Shown here one piece after another: positions 40,831-55,472 of a DNA stretch of 64,000 nt. The translations under genes and the position numbers were made by a program. Source of the stretch: Tubulanus polymorphus (taxonomy: Eukaryota > Animalia > Nemertea). Within the stretch, counting starts at the first letter, position 1. Every line of letters starts with the position of its first letter. The stretch spans positions 1,178,001 to 1,242,000 of the forward strand of contig NC_134028.1 of NCBI RefSeq assembly GCF_964204645.1, read 5' to 3'. Under the pieces are notes generated by a model, which was not told where the DNA came from, did no database searches, and worked only from the letters and a program-made list of their open reading frames with translations.

Positions 40831-43444
40831 TTATAATACATGAATTATAGCTCTTAACAGATCACGACTGTCCAATGTGGTACAGTATCTATCTATGGTA
40901 AAATGAACTACTGTCCATTGATTGAATAAACATTAACGCTATTAAATTATTTATCATGAAAGCTATTACTGGAATAATAACTAAGAATCAAGTCAGCAAC
41001 AATAAGCACCGCAAACTGTTGATGGACGCGATGAGGAAAATCTTGCCATTTCGCTGTTTTTTCTCTACTCCTCGAAGCATTGTTGTTGTCATGTGGCAAT
41101 CTGAACACGAGACAGGAATACTAATTCAATCTTCATCCAGTGTTGTACAGTCCAATATCTGGATTATACCACCACCAGCCGACTGACCGGACCGGACCGA
41201 CCGGCCGACCAATCATCACTGCAGTCAACATACTGATTATACGACCTTCACATGATAAATCGATGACCTTCTACGACTCTCGCGGACGATACATTTTTCA
41301 CCGAACGCTCGGCGTCCGATCATGAAAATTAGCCTTCGACCGACGTGGTTTCCAGACGGACGTACAAATAATTCGGATATCGATATCTCGACGAAAATCG
41401 ATAAAACATCGCGACTATTTTATACGTATCGTTTACCGGTGAATAGAAGTTCGTCACCGATGAACTTTTTCAATCGACAGATTTTAGTCGTAAGCAAAAG
41501 AAAAAACATAGCAAAACTTTCTATCAATTAATCAATGAAATAATTCTTACAGTTCTTTAAGATATTTATGATTATTGACGATATAAGAGCTGGAATTTAT
41601 ACATGACAATAAAATTGGTATATAGTGAGTTTTAATCTTATTATCTATTCTGAGTGTAGGGGGGCGGGGGGTCTATTCTACCAGTGTATTTCTAGTATCA
41701 TTATTCATGTTTATTGAAATATGTTATGAAAATGTCGCGAAACTTTCATTAAAACTTCTGAATGTCGAAACATGCGTAACTTTTTTCTTCCTCGCGAACA
41801 GCCCGAGTTTTTTATAATCTTCCGCATCGAATAAAAATTAACTTTCACAAACGACAGAATGGCGAACGGCGTCAGGCATGTTGAATGGCTTTCTTCTTAT
41901 CCTTGTTAACCACTGACGTCTTACGTATACGACTCGAGTCGGCGTCAGAATTTGATTAAATCGACTGCCATGACAAGATACGGGTTGTCATTATCCACGA
42001 GAAGCTTCTCTCGTCTCCGTGTACTGCCACCACCATCATCATCATCCGCTTGCGCTAACCAAATTGACGTCGCGCGAAAAATTGAACGACATTTATGCAA
42101 AAATAACACATACACACACACACGCACACGCACATGAAGAAGGACCCTGACAATTTACGGATAAGGAATAAAAAGGCCTATTTCATTGTCAAAACGATAT
42201 TCGTACGTCAAAGTATAAACACGTCTTCGAGGTCAAAGCGGAGTCATTATCGGTAAATTCTGCGAATCTAACGACGGGAAATTTTTGGCAAATAAACGAC
42301 AAATCGAGAATGATGAATTTATCGCTCAAGGTCAAAACGGCAGCCTGTCGTCGTCTGCGGGCAATCATCATCGGCAAGATCGCAATCAGTCGATTTCATT
42401 CGCAATTTCTATGACGAATTATGTGTCATAAAACGTGACAAAACACATACTAGAAACGAATTCATTGAAAAACAGAATCACTCAATAATCATTTAAAGAC
42501 GTCAGTTCATGACTGACAACAAAACTCTACAGTGTCTTATGATACAGGACAAAGTGCCACAGATTTTGGTTGGAATTGAAAACATTCGAAATGAACTATT
42601 CTTGATTTAAGTCAAACTTAATAAATGTACAACTGTATAATTGGATCCAGAACTGTGGAACTGGATCCTATTCAACAGTTGACTCTATCTAAAATTACAA
42701 TTCATTTCCAATGAATTTTCAAATTCAAAACCGTGGAACTGAGACCTTGTTATATCCATAACTCAAGGGTTAACAATTTTGACTTTAGTCAATCCACGGG
42801 TTAAAACTGATCCATAAAACTGATACTTGAAATTCATGTGAAGTCACAGCGCACGCTGCTGTATGATATCCCTATCGATGAATGAACTTCAACATTTAAA
42901 CGGTTTTCAAGGCGAAATCAAAATCAATTTATCGCGCATGTCCAACGGCAATGATCTTTCAAATGTTTCAATTAACAATGAAAAGATGGAGGTTGTTACG
43001 TAATTCAGTTGTAACGTACAACACGTATAAAACTAAAATCTAGTTGTTTTTTGATTGGATTAAATTTGGAAGTTATAGTAATTTCATTGCGTGATGATGT
43101 AATTACAAATGACTTACGGTGGTAGATTCAGAGAATCATTCCTCCTGGCAGACGTCAGTACCAGCAGCAGCAGCACCAGCACCAGCAGCAGCAGTACCAG
43201 CACCAGCACCAGCAGCAGCTACCAGTTCTTCTTTTACCTTTCTGAAATCGTATTGAAAAATGTCTTAATACTTTTCAGTTGTAGAATTGAATGGACTGCA
43301 GACTATCTGATATCTGTATTTATAGCAATTTTCATAACAAACAAGTCATTTGACGTCAAAAGTAGTAGTTTAATTGAAAATGAACTATGAAGTGTAGTTT
43401 AATTGAAAATGAACTGGAAATTATTCTAATTTCGAGAGCATTTT

Positions 43445-43515
43445 TGATATTTTAGTTGAGTAGTTGAGCTCTTTAGAGTAAGAAACTACTCTCAAATAGT
43501 CAAGTGTAGTCATAA
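43445..43515 (+). repeat. Short dispersed repeat (second copy ~26441-26515)
   Basis: gatatttt..gtagttgagctctt.agagta..aact.(t)actctcaaa.agt is present at both loci. Confidence 0.6.
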
Positions 43516-44475
43516 ATATTTCCACCCATCTTCATAGTTTATAATAAACTCTAATTATTCCACCCGAAACGTTAGGAAAGAAACAATAGCATTTGTTTAG
43601 ATTTATAAATAGTCAAATCTGTTTATGATGTCCTAATATGCGTAGTACTAGCCAGCATGGATGGCTGGTTCCCGTGACCATCAGAAAAACTTAGATGATC
43701 AATTTGTCGAAGATCTAACCACTAGAATACTAATAGATCAAAAGTGAATGTCAATTGAGTTAGTTGCCAATTGGTAAAGTAGAGAGTAGGGTAGACGATC
43801 CGGCTTGGTGAATCCAGAGACAGATCATTCACTTAGCCTTGTTTCTGAAAATGACCACAACATGTTTCAGCATCATAACCTAAGAAAATACCAGCGATTT
43901 TTTTACTTAGAAGATGATCAGACCTTTTCATTCTACGGACCTGTTGTTTGGAAGTAGGAAAGAAATACTAGTGAGTGAAATATAGTAAGCGCAGTTCCAC
44001 GTAGATTCAGTTTCATCATCAGTAAAAATATGTCACATTAACAGCAGAACGTTCGCAGTGTGACGTTCATTTCGAACTCGCCGATAATCTGTCAGTGCCA
44101 AATAGCACTTAGTTATGGGACTGATTTTAATGGCTAGTTTCAACAGTAAATGGTTCTCCTATAATTAACGTGTACACAACGTCTCAAGCACAAATTCACC
44201 GAGGAACTCGCTGTCAAAATACTGAATGTTTCCGTTTTTTGACTAATGATTAATGAGGAGAATGAATGAACAGTGGAATCAAACATTATTGAAATAATGG
44301 ATTACTAACCGAGACCTCGAGGACATCGGTGCAACGACCACACTTCATCGCACGCATTCAAACAGTTCTTCTTATCCGTTACCTGCTCATGGACACTGAG
44401 GGTATTCATTATAGTCTGAAGGTTTCTTTTTTCCGATAAGGTGAGAAAAACCAGAGAAGATTTGACCGAGAAACT

Positions 44476-45547
44476 GAACTCAAGCTGTAGATGAAGGATG
44501 GAACTCAAGCTGTAGATGAAGGACGGAACTCAAGCTGTAGATGAAGGACGGAACTCAAGCTGTAGATGAAGGATGGAACTCAAGCTGTAGATGAAGGACG
44601 GAACTCAAGCTGTAGATGAAGGATGGAATTCAAGCTGTAGATGAAGGATGGAACTCAAGCTGTAGATGAAGGATGGGACTCAAGCTGTAGATGAAGGATG
44701 GGACTCAAGCTGTAGATGAAGGACGGAACTCAAGCTGTAGATGAAGGATGGAACTCAAGCTGTAGATGAAGGATGGAACTCAAGTTGTAGATGAAGGACG
44801 GAACTCAAGCTGTAGATGAAGGATGGAACTCAAGCTGTAGATGAAGGACGGAACTCAAGCTGTAGATGAAGGATGGAACTCAAGCTGTAGATGAAGGATG
44901 GAACTCAAGCTGTAGATGAAGGATGGAACTCAAGTTGTAGATGAAGGATGGAACTCAAGCTGTAGATGAAGGACGGAACTCAAGCTGTAGATGAAGGATG
45001 GAATTCAAGCTGTAGATGAAGGATGGAACTCAAGCTGTAGATGAAGGATGGGACTCAAGCTGTAGATGAAGGATGGGACTCAAGCTGTAGATGAAGGACG
45101 GAACTCAAGCTGTAGATGAAGGATGGAACTCAAGCTGTAGATGAAGGATGGAACTCAAGTTGTAGATGAAGGACGGAACTCAAGCTGTAGATGAAGGATG
45201 GAACTCAAGCTGTAGATGAAGGACGGAACTCAAGCTGTAGATGAAGGATGGAACTCAAGCTGTAGATGAAGGATGGAACTCAAGCTGTAGATGAAGGATG
45301 GAACTCAAGTTGTAGATGAAGGACGGAACTCAAGCTGTAGATGAAGGATGGAACTCAAGCTGTAGATGAAGGATGGAACTCAAGCTGTAGATGAAGGATG
45401 GAATTCAAGCTGTAGATGAAGGATGGAACTCAAGCTGTAGATGAAGGATGGAACTCAAGCTGTAGATGAAGGATGGAACTCAAGCTGTAGATGAAGGATG
45501 GAACTCAAGCTGTAGATGAAGGATGGAACTCAAGCTGTAGATGAAGG
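44476..45547. repeat. Minisatellite, 25-bp unit, ~43 copies, with 375-bp higher-order duplication
   Basis: Unit gaactcaagctgtagatgaagga(t/c)g; rare variants recur at +375 bp. Confidence 0.97.
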
Positions 45548-46091
45548 TGCCACTGATGAATCAGAAATGAAATTCATCATAAATCTGTAAAATCATCACA
45601 AACTGAATTCAATGCGACACTTAAGATTACTTTTACTTTGAAATGAAGATACTTTGACTCTTAAGTCGGTAAAACACGTCATTTAGAATATCATATTTCA
45701 AAAATATTAAGCTCAATGGAATTTGTGCAATATCTTGAGACTAATGTAATAAATAACATAACGCAGTAATATTTATGTAATTTCACTGTTCTCAGCACTG
45801 CCGGTGATTCCGAGCCACAGGGGTGTAATCAATATTAACATCGGTGATAAAAATCAGTTCGAAATGCTTCAACTTGTTTTCGTTTTTAGCCACGCCGCGC
45901 GTATGAGAAACAAAGAGTCGAGATATCGATTGTTAATTCAATTGAAATATCGTTTAATTTCATCAGACGTTAGACGTTAGAACTGGTTCGTCGTGTGACA
46001 TCGTCGTCGTCGTCAAAATTGAAACTATATATTTTTAATACCTGAAGCGAATAGTTTTCTAACATACATATGAACATAATACCAGATATAT

Positions 46092-46129
<38 letters not shown>

Positions 46130-47452
46130 CTTTACATTTTGTGCCAGCGTTATTTTTTGCCCCGAAGGTTGAACGTTTCAGAAGCTTTATTTCGACATGA
46201 TTTCATCACTGTAAATTATGTCAATCAGCGCAATTAAAAGCGTTCTATATACGCCGGGCGAAGAGGTAGGTCATAGTCTTTATTATAATTTACCTACATC
46301 ATTTTTGTACGTTTTTTATCCCCTTAAAATTATCATCATAACTATAGAAACCTGGTGAATACCGGGAAATGTATGTAACTGATCTACTACTTTTTTATTA
46401 AAATATTCTATGAAATGAAATTTTCCGACTACATTCAATACGAGCTACACAGTCGCATGTATCGCATTGAAATAAAAATACTATCATAGCTTATTCCTCA
46501 GAAGTTAAGAATCTTTACCGAGAATCGACGTCATAACTTCTGAGGAAGACGAGTCTATTACTGGACCAGATCTACTAAACTTCAGCCAGTCATTATTTTC
46601 TCATTACCCGCCGGTAAATGGTAGATATTTTTTATACTTTCCCGACGGGATCGCTTGAAAATCACCGGGTCTCGCGGCGTTGAAACCACGGCGACTCGTC
46701 GTCGTCGTCGTTTTGCCCCAACGCGCTCCACGCTCAGACGTGATCAACACTGTTTTCATGGCTGCTCGATTTCGCCAGAAAAGTAATAAATCTAGCGGAC
46801 GAAATCAATAAACCGGCGTTAATAATTCACCTCAATGCCGGCAATACTGCAGCAGTATGATCTAGTAACATCACCAGATATATTATGTAGAGTGGTCTTG
46901 GCAACTAATTTTGTTAAAGCGCTCAATCATGTCACACGGAAAGAGCTCTGACAATCGCCGGTACCGATCTTTACATACAGCGCAATGGCTACACCGACCG
47001 ATCGCGCTTTGCTATGAATAATTATTTAAAAACGAACGATACAATTTTTCTCCTCCAGTAGTCGTCAAGTTGATCTCTCATGAGAGTTATCTTCATCGCT
47101 CGTCGCTACCTTGAAACCAACGACGACAAATGAAATATCAAAATGCAAATGATGATTGTTGAATATATCTCTTTGTACATCGGATAAATCAGTAAATTAT
47201 TGATCAGAAAACGAGTATAATGAGAATTTCAATTTCCAGGTCGAAATCAACAATTCATCTCTGAAAACGATGTATTTCATTTTCCCAGTCGTACATAGAA
47301 AATCTTCATATCATTTTCCTGTTCACTCAACGTTATAAAACTATTTCAACGAAAAAAGAGGATGTATTTCTGATTTTATCTCCCGATTGACGATGACAAT
47401 ATACATGTACTTCTGAATATACAAATACCCTACACAATAACGATGAAAAATT

Positions 47453-47700
47453 GAGTGAGACATGTTTTCCTGGAGCTAGTACGTATTTCAACGTTTCAAA
47501 AAGTCATCTTCAGGAATGCTTATGAGTTACAACAAAATAATGAGATATCTATATAATCCAGAACAAAGATATATATCTCATTATTTTGTTGTATGTTTAG
47601 TATTCCTGAACGTGACCAATAAGGATATAGTAGAAATGTCAAGAAATTATCAACTCAAGGAAACATTTCAGACTCTTTTCCTTGTGGGATTTTGATATTA
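47453..47700. mobile_element. Palindromic Penelope-like relic with two outward-facing hammerhead-like motifs
   Basis: Minus: attcCTGAAGAtgactttttGAAACGTTgaa. Plus: tattcCTGAACGtgacc...tagtaGAAATGTC. Central inverted repeat acaacaaaataatgagatat / atatctcattattttgttgt. Confidence 0.7.
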
Positions 47701-50700
47701 CTGTTAAAAAGAAGACAGAATTTCATCAAAGGTTTTACTAAATATGTACAAAAACATACTTTCAAACTTTCTTTTATTGTAAGCAGAATTTGGAAATCTG
47801 AATTCCATTTCCTATTTGAATGCTACTGGTGAAAAGTTAATATTTGAAAGTGTTTCCGAGCTGGAAAGACTCGATTCACGATGACTGAATAAAGAGCTGA
47901 ATTTAACTTTTTATTCGCCATTCACGCCTTAATCAAGTGAGATATGAAACTCAAATTGCAGCTAGTGTAAATTTCTGAAATATCGTTTCACAAAGCGATA
48001 CAATAAAAGCGTCATTTATCGGTACTTTATGATAACAATAAAGCCAACAAAAGAGCGTCGTAATAGAAGTCTTATTATATCTGTATACAGTGCTGCCATC
48101 TGCATTTAAAACTACGAACCGATGAACAGGCATAATCATATGGGAGTTGAATTTCAACTCTCTCTCTCTCTACTGATAAATAATCACTGGTATCTATCAT
48201 TATGTCTCAATGAATAACAATCATTCATTTCCATGCACGATACGACTATAAAATCACTGGGAAAATATATCATGATCCAACAGATTGAAAATCTATTTGC
48301 ACAGACAACGATATTAATAGCAATAGTGGGTTTTTTTATGATCGATGTTTCCTCGCTTCAAATATGATATAATCATTGAAATCAATTACCTAAGAAATTG
48401 ATGTAAATCTATGCAAATTTGTTAATAAACAAACACCTTCCAACCATTTGAACATCCGTGCTAACCACGGTATTTCTAAGATTGACTGGGCTCATCCTTT
48501 CTCTTATCCTGCCATTGTTCCATCATTAGCAATTTTACCATGGATTCTTAAACGATAACTTTTAACTTATTTTTTGCAAGTTCTTCAATTCATTTGTACT
48601 TAAATCATCATCATAGATTAACTATTTACATAAGTAGACACAACTTACACTTCCGTCACACTAGAGTGCTGTATACATAGTTCAAATATAAATCCATCCT
48701 TAAACGTAGGAATTTTTCTTAAAACTGATTATTACATAAAACTATTTTTCTTACATGGGTGGTCTTTTCTCAACCATCAGATTTTCAAGCAAAGATCCAC
48801 AAAAACTGCTGAGCGTTTGCGTAAACAGTGTTTCAGCGATGACGTTAGTTAGGCGCGCACACGTGTCTGAACGCTAGATTATTACAATCGATTTTTTATC
48901 ATTTATTATGAAATAAAGCGATCGGTTTATTCAACATTTCAAAATATCCATCAATGAGGTTAGGTCACTCAAAGTCATCTACCTAATACCCTGGATCCAG
49001 TTTCACTAGTTCATGTATAACAATTTACTCGAAGCTCTGGATCTTGATCCAGGTATATATCACAACCTCCGACATTGTATCTGCAACCAGTGCAAAGTTT
49101 GAAAACATTTCTTAATCAAAATCAAATTCTGTAATCTGCAAACCTACATAACAGGGACGGGCCCAATTCTATTTATTGGACTACGATTCAGAGACATATA
49201 ATAAATATGTTAAAACATTCCAACGTACTTTATACCTATCCACTAGTGGTGGAATAACCTATACCTATCCGCTAGTGGTGGAATAACCTATAGAACTATG
49301 CAGATTATGTCTATAATGATTACACATAATGTGCAGGTGAAAATATCATCGTAGATAGCTAGCTGCTGACAGGTGATCCGCTGAAAAACCTACTCGCTGC
49401 ACTATAGAGTATGTGCTGATACTATAGTTTACACCTCCTGTGGTCTTGTCAGTACAGCAATATAGATGATGGTAGCGGTAAATTCTCATCTGTCAGACGT
49501 AAGAAGTTTTTAGAGACATCGACAATAAAACAAGCTGATTACTAATTAGTTAAAACACTTACAAAGAGCAGTCAGTTCATATCAGGGTCAAACATTAGGC
49601 TGCGCGAGTCAGACGTAGATTTTGATATACAGGCCGTTAGTAAAGAGCAGGGGTGGGCCTCCTAGGGGCGTCTTACAACTTACAACTGATACAACACCTT
49701 CAAATACAAACTTATATCAATAGTAGAAAAACATATCATCTTGTAACAACTGTTTTTGATCATTATTCAAACTATTATCAAATTATGGATATTTTGGCCA
49801 TAGTTCAATATCTGTTTCAACTCTGACATTTTCTCCAGTCTAAAAAAGACCGACGACCACGTCACATGATTAAAGGCTGAACAGACTTTTATATATTCAG
49901 AAGAAACAACAGCAAGTTATATACATCTAAACATGCTTCACATTTCTAGCGAACAGAAGAAAAGAGAATTTCATCGAAATGGAGAAAAAATGTTCTACTT
50001 CGCCGCTATTAAGTATTCGTATCAGAAAACTGAAACTGATTCTGTCTGGAAACTCGTTTCAGTTTCCAAGGTTAGCAACACTATTTCTTTTTTGTTCGCT
50101 CAAAAAAAAAAAAACGATATCAACTGAAACGCCATCTATAAAAGTTTTTATCCTACTAATTCGTTACATAATCTGCTGACGACGACGAACAGACGTTTTG
50201 CTACCGACAAAAACTCGGAGAAAGTTTATATAATCGTAATTTCAACGCATGAAAAAAGTGTCTTATGCAATTATCAAACCTGTCATATGCGTATTACCGC
50301 GTTTTGTAGTCACAACACAAAGAATGAACCAATTTTCATATATAAATAGGTTATTCGGTTATACATTCTGAAATAATCACAAAAATCAACTTGGTTTCAA
50401 TGGTGAACGACATACGTATGATATTTAACAAACTTGTTTTCATGTTTTCTAATAGGAAATACAAAGTCGTACCTAATGTGTACACTATACTCAATCAATC
50501 AGCAACTACCAACGTTTATATTAAACACCGACAAAAAACGAAGAATACTTTTTAAAATTTTCCAATCATCGCAGTAATTGGTATTTCATCTCGTAAAAAT
50601 CTCGGAACAATTGGAGGAGAAATCTGATTAGAATCAATCAGTCGACCAATCAACGTTAATCCTTCAACGATCCTTTCTTATTACCTGAATTACGCAACTA

Positions 50701-52088
50701 GGGACGAAAAATAGCAAGATTTGTCGTAACGTGAATAAAAGTTCGATGAACTTTGCTTATCGTGACAAGAAAATTTGTATACAGTATACCAGAGGCCATT
50801 TAACGTACGGGGAAAACTGATGGAATATATCACTATGAAAATTAGAAATTACGAATCAATTTTTGAATGATTTGGACCTGGTTTCGACCCGAAAACCAGA
50901 CGTGGACAACTTAAAAGGACACAATTACCGGACAAATATTTCTATTCTCGACAAAAGATTCAAAAAAATGTGTATGATACTAAATTTCCATGAACCAGAC
51001 CCATTAATGTACAGACTGATCGAACGTCAAAATAAATCGATTTCAAACTGACGTGAACAAATGTGAAGAACAACTTGACCGAACCTGACAGCTTTATCAT
51101 ATAAAAAAACAACACGATTGCTGGACGAGCGAACAAGCGTTTAGGAGCTACATCAATGATTAGTATATATCAGATGTATTTGTTCTAACTTTTTATCAAA
51201 CCCGATTCATAGCCCAATGTTTTGCCTATTGTCGAGTGTTATTCGATATCTCAATGATCTACAGATATCTCAATGATTTACACAGGTGAACAAGAAATAA
51301 CATTAATCGATCAACTCTTATACTAAATATTCACTTTTATTTCAAACCCCGGAGGAGCGAGTATCTTATAACTATTCACTATATTCCTCGTATTTCTCAT
51401 TCAACGTACGCGATTTTACAACAAAATCCTAATATAATATGAAGAATAAACTATTTGCCGTTTAGACTCAATTTAACCTTCAGTTTTGAAAACGGCCGAC
51501 GTAGAATAGAATCCAAATGTCAAATACTCTCTTAGATTTATCTACATCATGTGGGTGTTTTATTCAATCATCCATATTAAATCTTCATCGGTAACATTAA
51601 GAAAAGCGAGATGAGAGTTGATACAAGTATAGAAAGAATCTAACCATCATTCATCAGGCTCTACTGAAAGGAGGACCTCGAGTATTCATCCTCAGGACAC
51701 AATTTCAGTAACCTAATGAATTATCTGAACGACGTCATGAATAAAAATTTAAAACTCGTTTTTGTTCACTAATTCCAGTTAATTTAACTGCCAGCTCGGT
51801 TCCGTTAACCGATAACAGATGTAACGAACGAGATATAAAAATCACAACCTCTTTCTTCTTCCTTCTCTCTCTTTTTATTGAGTCATATCTCTGTTGCTCC
51901 GGGAGTCAGATGGAGTCGGTAAAGTCGTGCGGCCGATGAAAACGTGTGATTTATAAAGGTAATGTTTCCTCGGCCAGATGCTAAGTTTGCTACGGTTTAC
52001 GTTTACCTATCGGTGTCAAAACAAAGTCACTTTAACTCATTTTCTACTCGAAATCATTGATGCGAAAATAAAATATATGATATCATTT

Positions 52089-52133
<45 letters not shown>
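52089..52133. repeat. (CAG)15 microsatellite
   Basis: Uninterrupted cag run. Shorter CAG/CTG runs occur near 13727, 28370, 37061 and 43160. Confidence 0.95.
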
Positions 52134-52134
<1 letters not shown>

Positions 52135-54876
52135 TTAGAAAGAAACACTGCTTTCATGAGTTAAAATGATAAGTTAATTACAACAGGGAGTCACACCTTG
52201 TTACATCACAACTGTGTTTGCCTCAGGAGAGAAAAATTCAAATAATCTTCAAATGAATGTCAATGTCGCACATTTTTTTCTGTTTTTTTTTTGGTTTTAC
52301 AACTGAATCTGAATAATACCCTAAAGCTACATGAACCAGTTGCATAGTTATGAGTTAGAATTGAACTGTAAAAACGACTGAATTCAAGCTATATTGAAAT
52401 TTCAGCAAGAACCGTAGTTATTGGTTAAGATACGACAAGTTCATTTTCAATATTTTAATGTTTCAACCATCGAATCAGATTTTTACAGAATAATGAGAAA
52501 CTAACTTGGTCATGGAGTTTTAAATAAGGAGTCTGAGCCTGATTTTGCAGTTAAATGGTTCAACTCAATTTTTGAAACTATATACCAGGACCAGTTTCGA
52601 GTAACAAATTGGCAATTCGAATGAAGTCCACCTCCCGATTGATAGAAATAATATCCAATCAAAAAACGTCTGCGAGTGTTGTGTATATTGAGGCAGGGTT
52701 GAATGAGTAAGTGAGTGGTGATAATGAAGATTCAATCATTGAAGGTGTGCGATTTCTTAGGCAAATATTTACATAACGTTAGTTGAGCTAAGAACGGTAA
52801 CATGTACTGAACGGGTAAATCTTTGAACTAACTACGTCTGCCCCGCTGCACTGGTGTGATGATCAGATCTCTATAAATGCGGCATGTTTATTCCTATACG
52901 TACACAATACGTAATAGAGATTTTGCACCTCAGTTTCACGGAAATATTTCCGCAGCGAAATGCTTTAGATTCCTAGATCGACCACATAAATGTCGGAATG
53001 AAGGATCCAGTTTTACGCTGTTTATCCATACTCTCGATCCTTCAGAAACAACAACACCATCAGTAGGAAAATCAAATAGGACAGGCATGTGAACCCACAG
53101 GGTCTCGTGGCCAACTTGTGGGCCTTGTACAAGACCCTCAAATGCTGCCCTTTTCTAATGAGCTCTTAACTTTTTACCGCCTTTATATATGGAATCTTAT
53201 AAATACATAATTGGTAGGATAAGTATGTGACATCTTATCTTATGACGATTTAACTGAGTTTGACAACGGTCGTTTAACATACGACCTATTCTTAATATCT
53301 ATGAACGTAGTGAGCCTCGTTCAGTTCGTACCTGTACAATGGTATAAATATATCTGATGAATCAGCGCTAGTCGGATTCCTTCAGCATCGGTACAATCTG
53401 AAATTAGACATCAAAATACCAACATTAGTAAACAGTTGCACCGGTTAAAAGCTTTAATTCCGAACACTGTAAACACCTGAGAGTTTTAACCAACAGAACA
53501 GAACAGATAAAACACGGGATATCGATAAATTCACAGTTCAACATAACATCAACTCTTTATCATAAAAACAGTGCGTTATGTGGAGAAAATGGAAGAAAAA
53601 TAGCAACAAATTGTTCAGAGTTAAATTACAGGATTAAGATTACATTAAAACACGAGAATTTGAAATATGAAAGATGAGGACGGTTTGTCAAAAAGATAAG
53701 TTTGGACCCATTGAACGGTACAAATCGAGCCTATGTTTAAGTGAAGTCACAAGTCAAGATGTGGATCCAAATTGTTCAAATACACCCTCGAATTCAATCC
53801 CTGCTCGATGTTTTGAAAATAAAATCACATATCGAGGTCCATTATCTAACGACCAAAACAGATCAAGACTGAACTCGACTGCATAAATATTATACGTATT
53901 ATATTGGCTGCAGCTTTAGTGGTTGTAAATACAGCCGTAAGCCGAACACACAGCATCGGGAGATGATGGATTCAATATTGCGATTCAGCGATGAAGGACG
54001 CTCGGATTATCTGAGACTTCTCTTTCCGCGACGACGGTAAATTCCGACAGATTTCCATTGCCGGCAACAGATGCTACGTCCATGTTGGCTTACTGCGCAT
54101 TCGCTGTCAATCAAAACGTATGAATAGACACCATAGAAATATTGTCAATCTTTGCCCACTTTAGAAACCCTTCTGATTTTCTTTTCATCTCGTAGTCGCC
54201 CCATACAGGACGCAACGTCAACATTCACCCCGGCTAGCCTAGTCGTTTAATTGAAATTTAAATATCCACCAGAATCGCTTCATTATGCCTCGCGTACAAA
54301 CAGGAAATAGGAAGAAACCTTTGTGGGTCAGGTATAAGATTATATCGATGACAATGCACAACCGTCATGGCTTTCAATAAAACATCGAATCAATCCTTAT
54401 ATAGATAGACTACCTACTGGTTCGACAATTTGTCGCGTTACAACGCCGAGAAGTGCGATTGTGAATTTTGACATTTATCTCCCTTCAAGCAGCGGCCATT
54501 TTTAAACGCCGCAATTCAAGTAACTATAAATTATACCTATTGACGTATTGACTTTTCGTAACTTTCTCCCGCATCAAGAAAAATCCGTTATACATAAACA
54601 GGAAACATGTGAATTACGTATCTCAGATAGCTAGTTGTATAAGTAAAGATTGAATAGGTAGAATTGAGGAACTGAGTTACACACAGAACAGAAACTACGC
54701 GTCACAATTGATCGATAAATGATACTGTAAACTGATATTCTAATCGATAGGTTATAAAGGTGAAACTATCGTATCGTCTCATATTTCGAGATAATCGATC
54801 TTCCTATCATATCATCGAAATTTCAAATTACACAAAACTAATTTTTTTCATCACTATTGTGAAATTCATCAATATC

Positions 54877-55467
54877 GGTACCTGTTACTGTATGGTACCT
54901 GCGATTGTATCTCCCCTATGATTGTATCTCCTGGTACCTGTGACTGTATCTCCTGGTACCTGTGACTGTATCTCCTGGTACATGTGACAGTATCTCCCGG
55001 TACCTGTGACAGTATCTCCCGGTACCTGTGACAGTATCTCCCGGTACCTGTGACAGTATCTCCCGGTACCTGTGACAGTATCTCCCGGTACCTGTGACTA
55101 TATCTCCCGGTACCTGTGACAGTATCTCCCGGTACCTGTAACAGTATCTCCCGGTACCTGTAACAGTATCTCCCGGTACCTGTAACAGTATCTCCCGGTA
55201 CCTGTGACAGTATCTCCCGGTACCTGTGACAGTATCTCCCGGTACCTGTGACTATATCTCCCGGTACCTGTAACAGTATCTCCCGGTACCTGTGACAGTA
55301 TCTCCTGGTACATGTGACAGTATCTCCCGGTACCTGTGACAGTATCTCCCGGTACCTGTGACTATATCTCCCGGTACCTGTAACAGTATCTCCCGGTACC
55401 TGTGACAGTATCTCCTGGTACCTGTAACAGTATCTCCCGGTACCTGTGACAGTATCTCCTGGTACCT
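54877..55467. repeat. Minisatellite, 22-bp unit, ~25 copies
   Basis: Unit ggtacctgt(g/a)acagtatctcc(c/t). Confidence 0.96.
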
Positions 55468-55472
55468 ATGAA

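Noticed and set aside
51978-52169. Poly-Gln ORF
   Set aside because: It is a (CAG)n microsatellite in AT-rich sequence, antisense to the gene, with no exon support.
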